Origin: an uncultured SAR86 cluster bacterium
Lineage (GTDB): Bacteria; Pseudomonadota; Gammaproteobacteria; Magnimaribacterales; D2472
Length of the DNA: 64,000 nucleotides
Assembly: GCA_902605165.1 (NCBI GenBank)
Contig: CACLBJ010000002.1
Coordinates: forward strand, 22,794-86,793
Direction: 5' to 3'
The notes beneath the pieces were generated by a model. The model searched no databases. It was given only the letters and a program-made list of their open reading frames with translations, and was not told where the DNA came from. Of this stretch, positions 45,835 through 56,309 are shown piece by piece; within the stretch, counting starts at the first letter, position 1; each line of letters starts with the position of its first letter. A program made the position numbers and the translations under genes.

Positions 45835-46239
45835 TTATTCTGCGAAGTGTTTTTCCTGATCATCATTTATATATTTGATGTCAGCACAGAACTCAGCAGT
45901 TGGTCGTATTAACAGTCTTTCTATTCCAATTGGCTCACCCGTTTCCATGCAATAGCCATATTCACCAGTCTTTATTCGTCTCAAAGCAAAATCTATTTTT
46001 TTTACTAGTTTTGATTTTCTATCAACGATTCTCAAGTACAGCTGAGACTCCATTTCAAAGGATGCTCTATCAGCCTCATCTTTGCACTCTGGGGGAACTC
46101 TAAGTCTTTGCCTTGCATCTTCAATTTCACCAAGAGCTTCACTTTTTTGTTCTATAAGTTGAGTGGTAAAAAATTCGAGTTGTTCTTTGGCCATATATTT
46201 CTTAGCTGGCATTCTTAGAAGTTTGGCTTTAGTTAACAT
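45835..46239 (-). CDS. dksA: DksA family RNA polymerase-binding factor (two-Cys variant)
   Basis: KKYMAKEQLEFF, coiled-coil tip DEADRAS (DxxDxA), and a C-terminal GYCMETGEPIGIERLLIRPTAEFCADIK that aligns to E. coli [29 protein letters not shown]. Confidence 0.85.
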   Translation of the reverse strand: MLTKAKLLRMPAKKYMAKEQLEFFTTQLIEQKSEALGEIEDARQRLRVPPECKDEADRASFEMESQLYLRIVDRKSKLVKKIDFALRRIKTGEYGYCMETGEPIGIERLLIRPTAEFCADIKYINDDQEKHFAE

Positions 46240-46310
46240 AATTTCCTAATTTGATAAAAAAGAAGGTTGGTATTAGACATTAATATGTAAGATTTTTCAA
46301 CATAAAAATT

Positions 46311-46338
46311 AAAAAAAAGGGGGCTAAAAAAGCCCCCC
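46311..46338 (-). terminator. Rho-independent terminator after the TonB-dependent receptor gene
   Basis: Minus strand reads GGGGGCU-UUUUU-AGCCCCC followed by U8, ~20 nt after the stop at 46359. Confidence 0.7.
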
Positions 46339-46358
46339 ATTTTAATATTACTTAATTA

Positions 46359-49300
46359 TTAATATGAGTAATTAATAGATAAGTGAATATGTCTTCCAAA
46401 TGCATCGAAATACCCTGGGAATGTATTACCATTTCCTGGAGCTGTTCCAGCATCTGATGTGTAACCTGGCTCTTTATCAAGCAAGTTACTTACGCCAAGT
46501 GTTACTGACATGTTGTCATTTACAGAGTAGATAGCAGTAGCGTCTAGATATGTAAATGCATCAAAATCAATATTGTTAGCGTTAAGGTCATCAGTTTCAC
46601 CTAAGTATCTAACACCAAGGATCACATCGGTATCAAATTCTGTTGTTAATCCAACAGTATATGAACCCATGAGTTCAGGCATAGGATTCTTTCCACATGA
46701 GCCACCCCAACTTCCGGCACAGCCAATAGCTGATTCACCAGGAAGCTCGATAATTTCATAGGAATCTAATAGTGTTGTTACACCTGAAACAACTAAAGGA
46801 CCCCAGTTTGTATCAACTGAATAGTCAAAGATTATATCTAGACCTGATGTTGACTCTTCTGAAATGTTAGTTGTTTGAGTACTTATGTAACCACCTGATA
46901 ACCATAGAGATCCATTATCTGGTCTTCTATTAATAAGACTACAGAAAGCTGCTGCACCAGTCTCAATACATTTATCAAGAGCTGTTTTTGCAGACACTGA
47001 ACCAATACCGTCTTCAACAGTAATATCAAAATAATCTACAGTTAGTGTCAAACCATCAACTGGAGTAAATACTGCTCCAATTGTTAAAGACTGAGATTCC
47101 TCAGGCTTAACATTTTCATTACCACCTGAAAGAATATTATATTGATCAGCAGGTGACTTTAAGTCTGATCCATACAATGAAGCAGGAAGACCTGTTAATT
47201 CACACTGTGCTTGAGTTGCTGTTGGAGGCGCACCAGTATCTGGATCTGATCCACATGGATCATAGTCTAAGTCTACGAGACCAAAACCAACTCCCTCATA
47301 TAATTCAGCCATGTTTGCATGTCTTTGAGCAGTCTGGAAAGAACCTCTTACTGAGATTTTATCGTTCACTGTCCAATATGCACCAATTTTATAAGCAGTT
47401 GTGTCATTGCCTGTTGAGTAGTCAGCAGATCTAAATCCTGCATCCATACTTACGGTATCCGTTACAGGAATACCAAACTCAACAAACATCTCATTCACAT
47501 CGTACTCACCACCTAATGGAAGCGTAGCACCACCTGAACCAGACCTATCTCCAGTTCTACTTGGTAAGTCAGGTCTAAAGTCTGAAGAAAGCTCTCTAGA
47601 CTCAAATCCAGCTACCATTGAAACTGAACCAGGCGCTCCTGGAATAGTGTAGTCTAAGCTACCACTTACAAATGCAGTAAAAGTTGTTTGCTCTCCGTCA
47701 CCATTAATATAAGTACCATTAGCTATATAGTTTTGAAGATCCTGTCCACCATCTATAACACCTTGAATACCTTGATCGCCAGGAAGACCACCTTGGAAAA
47801 GGTTATAAGGAACACAAGATGAATCGGTTCCATTTAAAGCAGACACACAAGTCGGCACTCCAGCTACAGATATAACGTCAACAGCTCTATTAATATTTGT
47901 AACTGATAGATCATTTCTATATTCATTAGCATAGTTAACAATGGATGTCTGATAATAAACATCGTATGACCAATCATCATTTATATCGCCTCTTACACCA
48001 ACAGTATTGGTAAAGCTTTTATAGTTATAAATTGATTGCCTTGGATTACCCTCAACATTTCTTTTCAAAGAAGTTAATGGTGATCTATAGTCAATTATGG
48101 TTTCGCCATCAACCACAGTTCCAATGCTTAATTGAAGACCTGAAATATATGCTAAAGCCTCTGCAGCTGTTGCAAAGTCAGGAGCATGGCCTCCTGCCAT
48201 ACCAACATAATCACCACAAATTGCTTGGTGAATTTGTGCTGATAAAAGCGGGTTATAACATGGAATCTCTTCAATGTTTCCAAAGGTACCTGAGTATGCA
48301 ATCTGAGCATTTGATTCAGACTTCATAAATGAAGACTCTACATATACTTCAGCTTTATCAGATACTTCATACTTCCCAAAGAAACCTGCATTCATTCTGT
48401 CATCAGGTCTTTGGAAAAAGTTTGTTGGATTATAGTTATAAGCTTGGCCGTCTCTTGGTACAAACTCATTTCCTAATAGCTTCCAGTCCACTCTAGGTGT
48501 TTTACCGTTATCATCAACAACACCGTCTCTTCTTGTGAATCCCATGCTATCAAGAGATCCAAAATCAGCCCATCTACCTGGAGGTATAGTTGAAGAACCA
48601 CCACATCCACTTGCTCCAGACCTAAGCGCACATGCACTTATATCATATTCTCCTTGAAGAATAGGTTTAGTGTCGGTATGTTCCATATAAGCAGTTATAT
48701 GACCTCTTCCACCATCGATTTCACCACCGAAAGCTACTGAAACTTTTTCAGTATCTCCTGTAGTTACGTCTTTTGGTGCTAAAGCATAATCATATGAAGC
48801 AACTAAGTCTCTTAGACTACTGTTGTCATTTTTATGCTGATAAAAGCCATTAAAAAAGCTAGTTTTCATTCCTACAAATTCATCATCTAGGACGAAGTTC
48901 ACAACACCAGCAACCGCATCAGATCCGTAAACGGATGATGCACCACCAGTTAAAACTTCAACCTTATCCAATAAGAGTGTTGGAACAGTGTTCAAGTCAG
49001 CACAGTTACCACCACCAGTTGTACCAGAAACCATTCTTCGACCATTCATGAGAACAAGAGTTCTTGAGCAGCCAAGGTTTCTTAGGTTCGCAGTAGCAGT
49101 ACCAGAAGCACCGTTAGAGTTAGTAATTGATTGTCCAGGTGAGATTTGTGGAAGATCATTAAGATAATCCTCAACTCTCGTAATCCCTCTGACTAACAAT
49201 TCCTCACCATCGATACTTGTGATCTGTGATGAACTTGTTACGTTTGGATCAGTAATCCTTGTACCTGTAACCACAACTTCTTCAACATCATCTTGCGCAA

Positions 49301-49370
49301 GAGCTGAAAAAGGAATGGCGGCAAAAGAAAATACTAAACCAAATAACAAAGTTATTTTATTTATTTTCAT
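46359..49370 (-). CDS. TonB-dependent outer-membrane receptor (~1000 aa)
   Basis: Signal peptide ..ALAQDD, plug motifs (EEVVVTGTRI, NLRNLGCSRTLVLMNGRR, VEVLTGGASSVYGSDAVAGVVNF) and a terminal ..LSINYSY. Confidence 0.9.
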   Translation of the reverse strand: MKINKITLLFGLVFSFAAIPFSALAQDDVEEVVVTGTRITDPNVTSSSQITSIDGEELLVRGITRVEDYLNDLPQISPGQSITNSNGASGTATANLRNLGCSRTLVLMNGRRMVSGTTGGGNCADLNTVPTLLLDKVEVLTGGASSVYGSDAVAGVVNFVLDDEFVGMKTSFFNGFYQHKNDNSSLRDLVASYDYALAPKDVTTGDTEKVSVAFGGEIDGGRGHITAYMEHTDTKPILQGEYDISACALRSGASGCGGSSTIPPGRWADFGSLDSMGFTRRDGVVDDNGKTPRVDWKLLGNEFVPRDGQAYNYNPTNFFQRPDDRMNAGFFGKYEVSDKAEVYVESSFMKSESNAQIAYSGTFGNIEEIPCYNPLLSAQIHQAICGDYVGMAGGHAPDFATAAEALAYISGLQLSIGTVVDGETIIDYRSPLTSLKRNVEGNPRQSIYNYKSFTNTVGVRGDINDDWSYDVYYQTSIVNYANEYRNDLSVTNINRAVDVISVAGVPTCVSALNGTDSSCVPYNLFQGGLPGDQGIQGVIDGGQDLQNYIANGTYINGDGEQTTFTAFVSGSLDYTIPGAPGSVSMVAGFESRELSSDFRPDLPSRTGDRSGSGGATLPLGGEYDVNEMFVEFGIPVTDTVSMDAGFRSADYSTGNDTTAYKIGAYWTVNDKISVRGSFQTAQRHANMAELYEGVGFGLVDLDYDPCGSDPDTGAPPTATQAQCELTGLPASLYGSDLKSPADQYNILSGGNENVKPEESQSLTIGAVFTPVDGLTLTVDYFDITVEDGIGSVSAKTALDKCIETGAAAFCSLINRRPDNGSLWLSGGYISTQTTNISEESTSGLDIIFDYSVDTNWGPLVVSGVTTLLDSYEIIELPGESAIGCAGSWGGSCGKNPMPELMGSYTVGLTTEFDTDVILGVRYLGETDDLNANNIDFDAFTYLDATAIYSVNDNMSVTLGVSNLLDKEPGYTSDAGTAPGNGNTFPGYFDAFGRHIHLSINYSY

Positions 49371-49505
49371 ATACTTCCCCTTTAAAAGTTATATAACGTT
49401 ATAAATACAGCATTTCTGCCATTTATAATATAAATATAATCAAAAATTTTAATTCATGTAAACAATTGTGTAATTAGCTTATAATTCTGACTTGACATTT
49501 TGAAA

Positions 49506-50291
49506 ATGCTTAATAATAAAAAAATCTTAATTACAGGAATTGCAAATAAGTTCTCTATAGCTAATGGAATTGCTCAAAGTATGAGCAAAAATGGGGCTGA
49601 ACTTGCTTTTGCATACCAAAATGAACGTTTATTAAAGAAAATCAAACCTATTGCAGATGATTTAGGAGTAAAAACGCTCATTGAATGTGATGTTGCATGC
49701 GATAAATCCATTGAGCAAACCTTCTCACAGTTAAAAGATGAGTGGGGAACTTTAGATGGAATTGTTCATTCAATAGGTTTTGCGCCTTCAGATCAGCTTG
49801 ATGGAGATTTTACCGAAGTTACAACCAGAGAAGGTTTTCAAATAGCTCATGATATAAGCTCTTATAGCTTTACTGCTCTCGCAAAAGGAGCATTACCTAT
49901 TCTTAGTGAAAATGCTGCCCTTCTTACCTTAACTTACTTAGGATCAATCCAGTCACTTCCAAACTACAATGTTATGGGTCTTGCAAAGGCTAGCCTTGAG
50001 GCTAATACAAGATTTCTTGCTGCATCATTAGGGAAAAAAGGAATTAGAGTTAATGCTATTTCTGCAGGCCCAATTAAAACTCTCGCAGCATCTGGTGTAA
50101 AGAATTTTAGAAGCATGCTTAAAGAATATGCCGATAGAGCTCCTTTAGGTAGAGCAGTTACTACAGAAGAAGTCGGAAATGTAGCTGCTTTTTTATGCTC
50201 AGATCTAGCAAGTGGAATAACTGGTGAGATTACATATGTTGATGCTGGTTTTAATACTTCTGCAATGTCCTTAATTCCCTCAGAAGAATAA
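49506..50291 (+). CDS. fabI: Enoyl-[acyl-carrier-protein] reductase (NADH)
   Basis: [26 protein letters not shown] aligns with E. coli FabI ([23 protein letters not shown]). [12 protein letters not shown] carries the Y-x6-K motif. I chose ATG 49506 over TTG 49500. Confidence 0.9.
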   Translation: MLNNKKILITGIANKFSIANGIAQSMSKNGAELAFAYQNERLLKKIKPIADDLGVKTLIECDVACDKSIEQTFSQLKDEWGTLDGIVHSIGFAPSDQLDGDFTEVTTREGFQIAHDISSYSFTALAKGALPILSENAALLTLTYLGSIQSLPNYNVMGLAKASLEANTRFLAASLGKKGIRVNAISAGPIKTLAASGVKNFRSMLKEYADRAPLGRAVTTEEVGNVAAFLCSDLASGITGEITYVDAGFNTSAMSLIPSEE

Positions 50292-50296
50292 AGTAG

Positions 50297-51751
50297 ATGA
50301 AACATAGATCGGTAGTGATTGGTGTCTCTGCCATTCAGCAAAAAGGTAAATTTGAGAATCTGGATGAGGCACTTCTTCTTATGGACCATGCTGTTAAAGC
50401 AGCACTATCTGATTCAGGAAATAAATTAGTTAAAGATTATATTGATGAAATAAGGATCCCAAAGGGTTTTTGGAGATATAGAGATCCTGGAAAATGGATT
50501 GCAAAGAATAATGATTTTAAAAGCATTCCAATTACTTATGTAACAAAGATTGGTGTGCTGCAGCAAAATCTCATAAATGATGCTTGTTTTAAGATTGAAA
50601 ACGGTGAAATTAATGCATCAATTATTCTTGGAGGCGAAGCAAGGTATAAGCAGCTAAGATCTATTATTGAGAAAAAAGAGTACTCTGAAACTGAGCTTGA
50701 TGAAAATCCTGATTTTTATATAAAGGCAAAAGAAGATCTATATGGGGATGAAGAACTTGAAGAGTTAGGAGCTATGGCAGTTGGTTATTACGCTGCTATG
50801 GAGACGGCCATAAGAAAAAATGATGGTGAAAAAATTAATGACCATCAAAATAATATTGCATCAATGTACGAAGAGTTTTCGAAGATTGCATCAAATAATA
50901 AAGATGGTTGGATAGATAACCCATATTCAAAAGAGGAAATTTTAGATAGCAGCAAAAAAAATAAAATGCTTGCATATCCATATAATAAGCTCCACTGCAC
51001 AAGTTGGAATGTCAATCAGTCTGCTGCTTTAATAATTTGTAGTGAAGAATTAGCCAATAAATTAGAAATAGATAAAAATAAAAGAGTTTATCCAATTACA
51101 TCATCTGAGAACAACCATATGATTGCTATTCAGCAAAGACCAAAAATCTTTGACTCACTTGGAATGAAATATGCTGCAAACTCTATAATCAAGGAGATAG
51201 AGAGACTTGATATCACAATAGATGCATATGATTTATATAGCTGCTTCCCAGCTGCTATAAAGATGTTTTCAAAATCTTTAGGGCTTGATAATGAAATATC
51301 TAAAACAATTACAGGGTCTATGGCATATGCAGGGGGCCCTCTAAATAGCTTTGTTCTTCACTCAACAGTAAAAATGATTCAAAAAATAAGAACCTCAGAA
51401 TTAAGCCATGGACTTGTGACCGGAGTATCGGGAATGATGACAAAACAATCTTTTTGCGTCTGGGGAAAAAAATATCAAGAGCAATTTATTTTTAATGATA
51501 TAACTGACCAAGCAGAGCTCAATGAAATCCCTATTGAGTTGTCGAGTATTACAGAGGGTGAAGGTGAGATAATTGGTTATACTATAATTGAGGGAAGTGA
51601 AAGTATTCCAAAGGCGGTTTTATATATAGATGATGAAAAGAAACATCGTAAAGTTGTTTCTTCTTTTGACAAAATCTTTATAAATTTATTAATGGAGGAA
51701 GAATGGGTAGGAAAGAGAATAAAATTCAAAGATGGACAAGTCGTTCGCTAG
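50297..51751 (+). CDS. Thiolase-like superfamily protein with C-terminal OB-like extension (function unclear)
   Basis: 484 aa. DLYSCFPAAIKMFSKSLGL and TGSMAYAGGPLNS resemble the C-terminal half of thiolase-like proteins. I could not see the canonical N-terminal nucleophile Cys context. Confidence 0.45.
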   Translation: MKHRSVVIGVSAIQQKGKFENLDEALLLMDHAVKAALSDSGNKLVKDYIDEIRIPKGFWRYRDPGKWIAKNNDFKSIPITYVTKIGVLQQNLINDACFKIENGEINASIILGGEARYKQLRSIIEKKEYSETELDENPDFYIKAKEDLYGDEELEELGAMAVGYYAAMETAIRKNDGEKINDHQNNIASMYEEFSKIASNNKDGWIDNPYSKEEILDSSKKNKMLAYPYNKLHCTSWNVNQSAALIICSEELANKLEIDKNKRVYPITSSENNHMIAIQQRPKIFDSLGMKYAANSIIKEIERLDITIDAYDLYSCFPAAIKMFSKSLGLDNEISKTITGSMAYAGGPLNSFVLHSTVKMIQKIRTSELSHGLVTGVSGMMTKQSFCVWGKKYQEQFIFNDITDQAELNEIPIELSSITEGEGEIIGYTIIEGSESIPKAVLYIDDEKKHRKVVSSFDKIFINLLMEEEWVGKRIKFKDGQVVR

Positions 51752-53145
51752 GGATAATATTTTTTGTCTTAGTCTCACAAAACTTAATATCGTCCCCTAT
51801 TGATCACCATCAAGAAAGATTTGAGGATGTAGCTCTCAAAATATGGGAATATGCTGAGCTCGGATACTTAGAGGAAAAAAGTTCAAGCCTTTTGCAGCAA
51901 GAACTTAAGGATAGTGGCTTTACTATCCAATCAGGTATTGCTGGAATACCCACTGCTTTTGTTGCTGAATATAATAATGGTGGGCCAGTACTAGGCATAT
52001 TGGGGGAATTTGATGCTTTACCAGGACTCTCTCAACAAAATCTTCCTTTTAAAACAGCTGAGGGTTTGAGTTCCGCCAATGGACATGCGTGCGGTCATCA
52101 TCTTTTTGGAGCTGCTTCAGCTTGGGCAGCTGTAGCAATTAAAGAATGGTTGGAGGAATCTGGAACACCTGGAACTATTAGATTTTATGGAACTCCTGCC
52201 GAAGAGGGAGGATCTGGGAAGGTTTATATCGCAAGAGATGGTTATTTTGATGATGTTGATATAGTTCTTCATTGGCATCCAGCAAGCGGTAATTCAGCGG
52301 ATGCACAATCAAGTAATTCAAATAAATCAGGCAAATTTACATTCAGCGGTATTTCTGCTCATGCAGCTAGCGCTCCTGAGAAAGGTAGGTCTGCTTTGGA
52401 TGGCGTTGAAGCAATGAATATGATGGTGAATATGATGAGGGAGCATGTGCCTCAAGAATCAAGAATTCATTATGTCATTACAAAGGGTGGCCTTGCTCCA
52501 AATGTTGTTCCAGATATAGCAGAAGTTTACTATTACGTTCGCCATCCTAGAATGAATGTAGTTGATGAGCTTTTTCAGAGAGTTGTTAAAGCTGCAGAAG
52601 GTGCTGCTTTAGGAACAGAAACATCAGTGTCATATGAAGTAATGCATGGAAACTATGCTGTATTACCAAATGAAACTCTTCAAAAAATGATACACAAGAA
52701 TCTTTCTGAGTTGGGAGGAATAAGCTACAACGATGAAGAGGAAAGGTTTGCTAAGGAAATTTATCAAACCTTAGTTTCCCCTTCCCTAGAGCTTGGATCT
52801 CAAAAAAAGATCAAAGAATATTCTGTTACTCACACTTCTGGGTCTACAGATGTGGGAGATTTAACATGGTTAGTTCCAACAGGCGGCTTTAGAACAGCTA
52901 CTTGGGTTCCAGGAACATCTGCTCATTCTTGGCAAGCAGTTGCTTCTGGAGGAACTTCAATAGGATTGAAAGGCGCCAAACTAGCTGCAAAAGTTTTAAC
53001 AAACTCTGCAAAAGATATCTTTTTAGATCCTAAAATAATAGAAGATTCAAAAAAAGAGTTAAAAATGAAGCAAGGTGATGATTTTTCTTACTATCCTCTT
53101 CTTGGTGATCGCAAGCCACCATTAGAATATCGATTGAATAAGTAA
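51703..53145 (+). CDS. M20 family amidohydrolase/peptidase (AbgB-like), probably exported
   Basis: GILGEFDALPGLS, HACGHHLFG, TPAEEGGSGK and GSTDVGDL motifs of M20D/AbgB-type enzymes. The N-terminal RSLGIIFFVLVSQNLISS looks like a signal peptide. It overlaps the upstream gene by 49 nt. Confidence 0.75.
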   Translation: MGRKENKIQRWTSRSLGIIFFVLVSQNLISSPIDHHQERFEDVALKIWEYAELGYLEEKSSSLLQQELKDSGFTIQSGIAGIPTAFVAEYNNGGPVLGILGEFDALPGLSQQNLPFKTAEGLSSANGHACGHHLFGAASAWAAVAIKEWLEESGTPGTIRFYGTPAEEGGSGKVYIARDGYFDDVDIVLHWHPASGNSADAQSSNSNKSGKFTFSGISAHAASAPEKGRSALDGVEAMNMMVNMMREHVPQESRIHYVITKGGLAPNVVPDIAEVYYYVRHPRMNVVDELFQRVVKAAEGAALGTETSVSYEVMHGNYAVLPNETLQKMIHKNLSELGGISYNDEEERFAKEIYQTLVSPSLELGSQKKIKEYSVTHTSGSTDVGDLTWLVPTGGFRTATWVPGTSAHSWQAVASGGTSIGLKGAKLAAKVLTNSAKDIFLDPKIIEDSKKELKMKQGDDFSYYPLLGDRKPPLEYRLNK

Positions 53146-53240
53146 GTTTTTTAACTAATTCCAAAGATGTATCTTATTTGATTTAAACCGCATTTTAATA
53201 TATAAAATAAGGGATTTTTATAAAAATTAATGGGGGAAAC

Positions 53241-56200
53241 ATGAAGTTACTTAAACTTTTTTCAATTTTACTTTTATTACCTATAACTTTTCTTTTTGCT
53301 CAAGATGAATCTGATGTGGAAGAGGTTGTAGTAGTTGGATCGCAAATTAAAGGAGCCAAAATTACCGGATCCTTGCCTGTAACAGTTATAACTGCCGAGG
53401 ACATCGAAAGTCTAGCAGTAGAATCTGGTGAGGAACTTTTTGCTGATTTAGCTGAAAATGGTAATAACGGATTTAACCAAACTGATTTTAGTGGTGGATA
53501 CAACGCCTCAAGAGGTGATGTTGGATCACTGGACCTAAGAAATATCGGAACAGGTAATACTGTTACCCTTCTTAACGGAAGAAGATTAGTTCAATCGCCA
53601 GGATATGCAACTGAGTGGGTTGGTGGTAGTTTTGTTCCAGTTTCAAGTGTTAATTCAAACACAATACCTGTTTACGGCGCAGAGAGAGTTGAGATTCTTC
53701 GTGATGGTGCCTCGGCTATTTATGGTGCAGATGCAGTTGCCGGTGTTATTAATACAGTGTTAAAAGATGATTTTGATGGTCTTACCATGAGAGTAAGACA
53801 AAACTGGTATGACAGCTTTGATGCAAAAGACAATAAAGTCAGCATTCAATGGGGTAAAACTATGAGTGATGGCTCTAATTTATCAATTTATTTTGATAGA
53901 TATGACAGAGAAAGAATTAGAGGTATTGAAGATCCTAAATGGTCTGATGGAGATATGAGAAGACTGCTGCCTGATCCAGATGAAGGAGGATTAGGTGCTT
54001 TTAATGATACAACTTGGAGAAATGCAAGTGCTAGTTCAGTATGGGGCCAATTCTATGAAGGTAGTAACATTTTTACAATTTATAGACCTGATGACTCAAA
54101 CTGTTTAAGTAATTCATCAAGCAACCTTTATAACATTCCAGGCTTAGACCATATGTGTCTTTATGATTCAAGCTCTATAAGAGCTGAGAGTAGAGCAAGT
54201 TATGGCCAAACTTATGATAAAAGAGGCCCATTACTAAGAAATAATCTTGTAATGTTTTATAACACTACTTTAGATAATGGAGTTGAAGCATATAGTGAAG
54301 TTAGTTATTACAAATCAACTTCAAATAAACAGCTTTATGGAGGTGCTCCCCTTGGAATGGGTTCATCCTCAAGAAATGGTGGAAATACTCAGCCAATATT
54401 AGTTCCATCAACAAACTATTGGTTAAATCAGCTTCAGAGACCAAATGGAGACCTTTTTGTTGATAGAGAAGGTGATTCTTTATGGTTTAGATATTTTAGA
54501 TTCAATACTCCAAGAAGTTGGGATTCAACAAGAGAAACTTGGAGAATAGTTCAAGGTTTCAGAGGAACCTATGGTGATTGGGATTGGGATGCTGGATTAG
54601 TTGCGTCGGCAGCAAGCTCTGATATGGATAACCATGGAAGGCAAAGTATGACTTTACTTAATGCTGCGCTAGCAGATTCTACACCAAATGCTTATAACCC
54701 TTTCAATGCTGGCCTTAATAGTAATGAAGAACCATTTACTGTAAGTATATTTAGGAATAACACTACTGATTTATATATGGCAGACATCAAAATGTCTAAT
54801 CCGTCTGTATATTCTATGCCAGCTGGTGATGTAGGTGTTCTAGTTGGTGCTGAAATTAGAGCAGAATCTATGGAAGATCTCAGAGATCCAAGAATTAACG
54901 GTACGTTTGTCTATTCAACACCTCCTGAAGCAGCGAATCAATCTACTTTCCCATACATATCTGATATTGTGAATAGTAGTCCATCTCCTAACACAACTGG
55001 AGATAGAGTTGTTGCCTCAATCTTTGCAGAGGCTGCAATCCCCCTAATGGAAAATTTAGATGCACAGGTTGCTGTTAGGGTTGAAAATGCTGATGACTAT
55101 GGAACTAATGCTGTTGGAAAAGTAGCTATAGGTTATGCTCCGACTGATTGGTTCAAGTTGAGGAGCTCAAACTCAACTTCTTTTAGAGCACCAAACTTAA
55201 TTACAGTTAATGAAGGTCTAGTTGTTAGAAATAATTCACAAGAAGACCCGTTGTATACAAAAGCAATTGGTGAAAACTATGAGAACTATTCCATTCAGAG
55301 AGTTGCAAGAGGTAATGACGCCTTGGAAGGTGAGGAATCAACAAATACATCTCTTGGTATAGTATTTACTCCAGGCAATAACTGGATTATTACAATTGAT
55401 AAATGGCAAATTGATCAAGAGAGTGTTGTAGGTCTATTTGGTGAAAGAAATCATATGCTCTTAGATACTTTAATCAGAGTCAATGGTGGAGTTAATGAGT
55501 GTGTTGGTAATCCATTCGTGATTAGAGGTGACTTCATTCCTGATGATGATCCAGAATCTCCAACATACAATGCAACTTGGGATTCAAGCCTATGTCAGGT
55601 AGGAACTGTTCAAAGAGTTGAAGATGTCTACGTAAACCTTGATGACAGAACTCTCGAGGGAACTGACTATGCGATTGAGTATTCTATGGATACTGATTAT
55701 GGATCTTTTTCAGCAAAATTCATGAGTGTTCAGTTTGATTCATTTGAACAAGAAGCAGGTGCATTAACACAACAGCTTTTTGATGCTGCTGGTCCTGGCG
55801 GAGCTCTTGAAGGTCTTATATCTCCTTCAGGTTTTGGAGATCTTCTTGGAACTTATGATAGAAGAGCATATCCTGAATACAAAGATTCTATGAGAATTTC
55901 ATGGAATCATAATGGCTGGAATGCATACCTATCAGGTACAGAAATAGCGAGCTTCAGAGAACTTGCAGTTACTAATAATGCAAAAGATTCATCAGGAAAC
56001 TATGTTTGTTCAGGAACAACATCCTATTCTGGTGGAAATTGTGGAGAAAATTGGTTAGTGGAATCAATGATGACGATGAACTTAACTCTTGGCTATAAAT
56101 TTAAGAATGGTTTAAGAGTAAGAGGACAAATAAGAAACCTTGAGGATACTAGAGCACCTTTAGCTGATGAGTACACATGGGGTTTTGTTGGTGACGTCCA

Positions 56201-56249
56201 TAGTGATTATGGAAGAAGCTATGCAATTGAATTCTATCAAAGATTCTAA
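53241..56249 (+). CDS. TonB-dependent outer-membrane receptor (~1000 aa)
   Basis: Signal peptide ..LFAQDE, plug motifs (EEVVVVGSQIKG, DLRNIGTGNTVTLLNGRR, VEILRDGASAIYGADAVAGVINT) and a terminal ..EFYQRF. Confidence 0.9.
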   Translation: MKLLKLFSILLLLPITFLFAQDESDVEEVVVVGSQIKGAKITGSLPVTVITAEDIESLAVESGEELFADLAENGNNGFNQTDFSGGYNASRGDVGSLDLRNIGTGNTVTLLNGRRLVQSPGYATEWVGGSFVPVSSVNSNTIPVYGAERVEILRDGASAIYGADAVAGVINTVLKDDFDGLTMRVRQNWYDSFDAKDNKVSIQWGKTMSDGSNLSIYFDRYDRERIRGIEDPKWSDGDMRRLLPDPDEGGLGAFNDTTWRNASASSVWGQFYEGSNIFTIYRPDDSNCLSNSSSNLYNIPGLDHMCLYDSSSIRAESRASYGQTYDKRGPLLRNNLVMFYNTTLDNGVEAYSEVSYYKSTSNKQLYGGAPLGMGSSSRNGGNTQPILVPSTNYWLNQLQRPNGDLFVDREGDSLWFRYFRFNTPRSWDSTRETWRIVQGFRGTYGDWDWDAGLVASAASSDMDNHGRQSMTLLNAALADSTPNAYNPFNAGLNSNEEPFTVSIFRNNTTDLYMADIKMSNPSVYSMPAGDVGVLVGAEIRAESMEDLRDPRINGTFVYSTPPEAANQSTFPYISDIVNSSPSPNTTGDRVVASIFAEAAIPLMENLDAQVAVRVENADDYGTNAVGKVAIGYAPTDWFKLRSSNSTSFRAPNLITVNEGLVVRNNSQEDPLYTKAIGENYENYSIQRVARGNDALEGEESTNTSLGIVFTPGNNWIITIDKWQIDQESVVGLFGERNHMLLDTLIRVNGGVNECVGNPFVIRGDFIPDDDPESPTYNATWDSSLCQVGTVQRVEDVYVNLDDRTLEGTDYAIEYSMDTDYGSFSAKFMSVQFDSFEQEAGALTQQLFDAAGPGGALEGLISPSGFGDLLGTYDRRAYPEYKDSMRISWNHNGWNAYLSGTEIASFRELAVTNNAKDSSGNYVCSGTTSYSGGNCGENWLVESMMTMNLTLGYKFKNGLRVRGQIRNLEDTRAPLADEYTWGFVGDVHSDYGRSYAIEFYQRF

Positions 56250-56266
56250 TTAGAATTTTAATTTTT

Positions 56267-56293
56267 AAAGGGAGCTTAATGCTCCCTTTTTTT
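56267..56293 (+). terminator. Rho-independent terminator after the receptor gene
   Basis: AAAGGGAGC-TTAAT-GCTCCC-TTTTTTT, 18 nt after the stop. Confidence 0.75.
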
Positions 56294-56309
56294 ATCCTAT
56301 AATATATTA

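Noticed and set aside
49392-49403. 12-bp palindrome TATAACGTTATA 22 nt upstream of the receptor start at 49370
   Set aside because: It is short and AT-rich, so it is expected by chance in this composition. No second copy was seen near the other receptors.
33157-53240. Fur boxes upstream of the three TonB-dependent receptors and the TonB2 cluster
   Set aside because: By eye I found nothing resembling GATAATGATAATCATTATC in the upstream regions 33157-33289, 36317-36535, 49371-49499 and 53146-53240. This was a visual scan only; a PWM scan would be needed to be sure.
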